Source: Sphingobacteriales bacterium
GTDB taxonomy: Bacteria; Bacteroidota; Bacteroidia; Chitinophagales; JADIYW01
Assembly: GCA_031414515.1 (NCBI GenBank)
Contig: JANNVS010000237.1
Span: forward strand, 1 to 43,894
Reading direction: 5' to 3'
DNA: 43,894 bases
Part shown: piece after piece, positions 43,702-43,894 of the stretch
Layout: each line of letters starts with the position of its first letter
Numbering within the stretch: the first letter of the stretch is position 1
Notes under the pieces: model-generated
Told to the model about the DNA's origin: nothing
Database searches by the model: none
Seen by the model: only the letters and a program-made list of their open reading frames with translations
Program-made: the position numbers and the translations under genes

Positions 43702-43724
43702 CATGCCACGATGTTCGTGGCATG
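43702..43724 (+). other. Perfect 9-bp stem-loop directly after the asd stop (no U-tract)
   Basis: CATGCCACG (43702-43710), loop ATGTT, CGTGGCATG (43716-43724). It may be a 3'-end stabiliser or the first half of a tandem terminator. Confidence 0.4.
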
Positions 43725-43735
43725 ATTAAATAAAG

Positions 43736-43768
43736 AAACTCTGCTTTTGGCAGAGTTTTTTATTTTTC
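43736..43768 (+). terminator. Rho-independent terminator of asd
   Basis: The stem AAACTCTGC (43736-43744) pairs with GCAGAGTTT (43750-43758) across the loop TTTTG. The T-rich tract TTTATTTTT follows. Confidence 0.75.
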
Positions 43769-43814
43769 TCAATCTCATTTTTAATTCCTAATTTTCCAAT
43801 CTAAATTTTTAGGC

Positions 43815-43894
43815 ATGCCTATTAGAATGGTCGATGATGATAATCAACAAAAAGATTACGTTCCAAGTAATGACGGTGGCGGTGGCTCGCGTGG
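43815..43894 (+). CDS. Possible start of a hypothetical protein (runs off window end)
   Basis: An ATG at 43815 opens MPIRMVDDDNQQKDYVPSNDGGGGSRG, with the frame open to the window end. It is too short to classify. Confidence 0.25.
   Translation, partial: MPIRMVDDDNQQKDYVPSNDGGGGSR

Noticed and set aside
1-43894. Search for CRISPR arrays, tRNA/rRNA genes, IS elements, integrases, phage genes, toxin-antitoxin or known defence-system genes
   Set aside because: No direct-repeat/spacer periodicity, no tRNA-like cloverleaf candidates in the few intergenic gaps, and no transposase, integrase, nuclease or ATPase motifs were seen. Every sizeable ORF is accounted for by glycan, cell-wall or housekeeping functions.

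Overview
The sequence is AT-rich and lacks obvious Shine-Dalgarno sites. It carries Bacteroidota hallmarks: a T9SS (Por) C-terminal sorting domain and TAnnTTTG '-7' promoter boxes at operon heads. Most of the window is one very large surface-glycan biosynthesis region.

Cluster A (1-30902) contains:
- a WbpE/WbpD/WbpB-like trio
- a Wzm/Wzt ABC exporter whose Wzt has an extra C-terminal domain
- at least 11 glycosyltransferases (GT2, GT4, GT8 and two GNT-I-like paralogs)
- three DegT-family aminotransferases and several acetyl- and methyltransferases
- an AsnB-type amidotransferase
- a DPM1-like polyprenyl-phosphate sugar synthase
- two orphan polytopic membrane proteins
- a 1150-aa T9SS-secreted LamG/Ig/PKD/CARDB protein, which is the last gene of one sugar operon

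A short interlude follows (30892-35579): a BASS transporter, a TauD-like dioxygenase, a GNAT, tag, a TrmH-family methyltransferase and an RluA-family pseudouridine synthase. Cluster B (35631-39547) has a sulfotransferase, two GT2 enzymes and an SDR epimerase/dehydratase. After it come two convergent L,D-transpeptidase genes, then asd with a clear intrinsic terminator.

I saw no rRNA, tRNA, CRISPR array, transposase, integrase or recognisable defence or toxin genes. No Wzx, Wzy, Wzz, Wza or initiating phosphoglycosyltransferase is visible, so export looks ABC-transporter dependent.

The most interesting hypothesis is that a Wbp-type diacetamido-uronic acid (possibly uronamide) pathway and a T9SS cargo gene are physically and transcriptionally embedded in the same glycan locus. 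This echoes the known Wbp/Vim-dependent attachment of T9SS cargo to anionic LPS. I found nothing that clearly qualifies as a wholly new system.

All functional calls rest on motif recognition by eye. No database or HMM search could be run.
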